Source: Takakia lepidozioides
Taxonomy: Eukaryota; Plantae; Bryophyta
Length of the DNA: 64,000 nt
Direction: 5' to 3'
NCBI GenBank assembly: GCA_030704615.1
Contig: CM060733.1
Span: 40,486,001 to 40,550,000, forward strand
This document shows positions 62,547-64,000 of this stretch, piece after piece. The position numbers were made by a program, and so were the translations under genes. A model generated the notes under the pieces. It did not search any database and was not told the origin of the DNA. It worked only from the letters and a program-made list of their open reading frames with translations. The stretch's first letter is position 1. Every line of letters begins with the position of its first letter.

Positions 62547-64000
62547 GGAAGATACTTTTTGTCATGTCAAGACAAAGATAGGACCCCTAGGGTCATTGTC
62601 ATGAAGAAGAAGAATAATCAGACATATCAGCCACTTAATAGTGGCACCATCCATCAATCATCAAGCTAGAAAATCCAGAATTACATCCATGCACAGTAAT
62701 GTGTTCATGTTAGTAATATTCATAACCCCAAAGAGTATTTCACCGATGTTGATTGACCATCAGTCATGATCAGGATACACCTTCATAGGTCTGGGTGGGA
62801 TGACGGGTACTTGGCTAGATTTTGGCCTTGATGTGGTGCAGGTCAAATGGTCATACAGATTTACAATCCAGATTGACTGGTGTCTGCAAGCTGTAATCCA
62901 AGCATACTTACTCAAATCCCATGGGTTTCATGGAGGGTTTAAGAAAAAAGAAAAACAAAAACAATTGGATATCACAGATTTAAATACCTTGCCCTGCCAG
63001 TATTTGCTTAAACTGATCTGCAGCACAGCTTGCCCCCCACAGGGGAGGGGGATATGTCTGGTAAGTTTTCCAGAATACCCCTATACTATTATTTCTTGCT
63101 ACAGTTGAAAATCAAAGTTCATGACACGACAAAGTAAAAATAAAGGACTGCATACACATCCTGTGACAGTATATGATACTGTCAGCACACCCTATTCACA
63201 TCATTCACGTTTGACCATGTCATTACACCATGTCTAGGGGGTATTTCCACTTAACCACCCTGGCTGCCTCAAAAACCAGTTACCAATTATATTGCTGCCA
63301 TATTTCAGTATCAGCCAAATAGCCACAGGCATAATCGTCACCATACCTTGGCCTAAGCATCTAGCTAACAAAGCCATCCGGGTTGGAACATAACAGGGGG
63401 TATTTTACCATCAGGGGTACCTGAGTAGCTGCAGCAAACAGTTCCTTGCAGCCTCTCCTTTTGTTTCCAACTACCATAAGGCAAGCAAAGCAAACTAGTG
63501 CCTGAAAAACAGATGTGTGTCTCACACAAGCCATCATAAACACGGTTGTCACAGCCAAGCAAAGGTCTTCCACTGGCTGGGCCAAAATAGCCCACCTTAA
63601 ACAACACTATACTTGTTCTTCATAGATAAAAGAAAGAGGTAGGATCAAGAAAAACCATAGAGTAGTTTAATTTTTCAATATTTTCAGATGAATCCATGGC
63701 CAGCAATCCCTTTCCCAGCTCTGCAACCCATTTGGCATCCAACAGCACCTAGACATCAGCATATTAAGTGGAAGCCCTCACCTATGCCCGTCCCAAAAAC
63801 AACCACAACACATTGTGAGTTAGTGAGGATGCACGCGGTGAGTACCAGGCTTCCACATTTGCTATCGAGGTCAAATACACTTGAATCTAAGCACAGAGAA
63901 TGCCAAAGAAAGCAGGGAAGCAAGATAAACAGAAAAAGAACCTTTTTTACTGTTTGGGGGATGGTCACCATCTCTCCACAAGCCCAACCATGCAGGGAGG

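Noticed and set aside
62770-64000. Possible minus-strand exons (e.g. ~63421-63501)
   Set aside because: Splice-like signals exist but no recognisable protein could be assembled.

Overview
Eukaryotic, transposon-dense window, most likely from a non-seed land plant (inferred from Tx1-like L1 LINEs, a Tf1/Tcn1-type self-priming Gypsy and PLS-class PPR fragments). It holds nested, mostly decayed elements: three L1/Tx1 LINE remnants, a complete Copia (1186-5783), two CACTA/En-Spm elements (11479-~19470, truncated; ~45450-60447), an Athila-like Gypsy with flanking accessory ORFs, a Tcn1-like Gypsy (41651-45410), a young chromodomain Gypsy (48844-55567), a Harbinger/Tourist-type element and RTE-X-like LINE fragments. 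One intact host gene, invisible to the ORF track, can be assembled by hand: an 8-exon PITH-domain gene (33027-37188, minus strand). The main finding is that the second CACTA carries a SET-domain (lysine methyltransferase fold) gene upstream of its transposase, between long telobox-containing inverted ends. The first CACTA carries an FCP1/NIF HAD-phosphatase-like domain. Together they suggest DNA transposons with chromatin- or transcription-modifying cargo. Other observations: 140-240 bp templated patches (PPR, gag) in other elements, a self-priming PBS, an SPxR-repeat integrase tail and conserved LINE 3' hairpins. All family calls are by motif recognition by eye; no database search was run.
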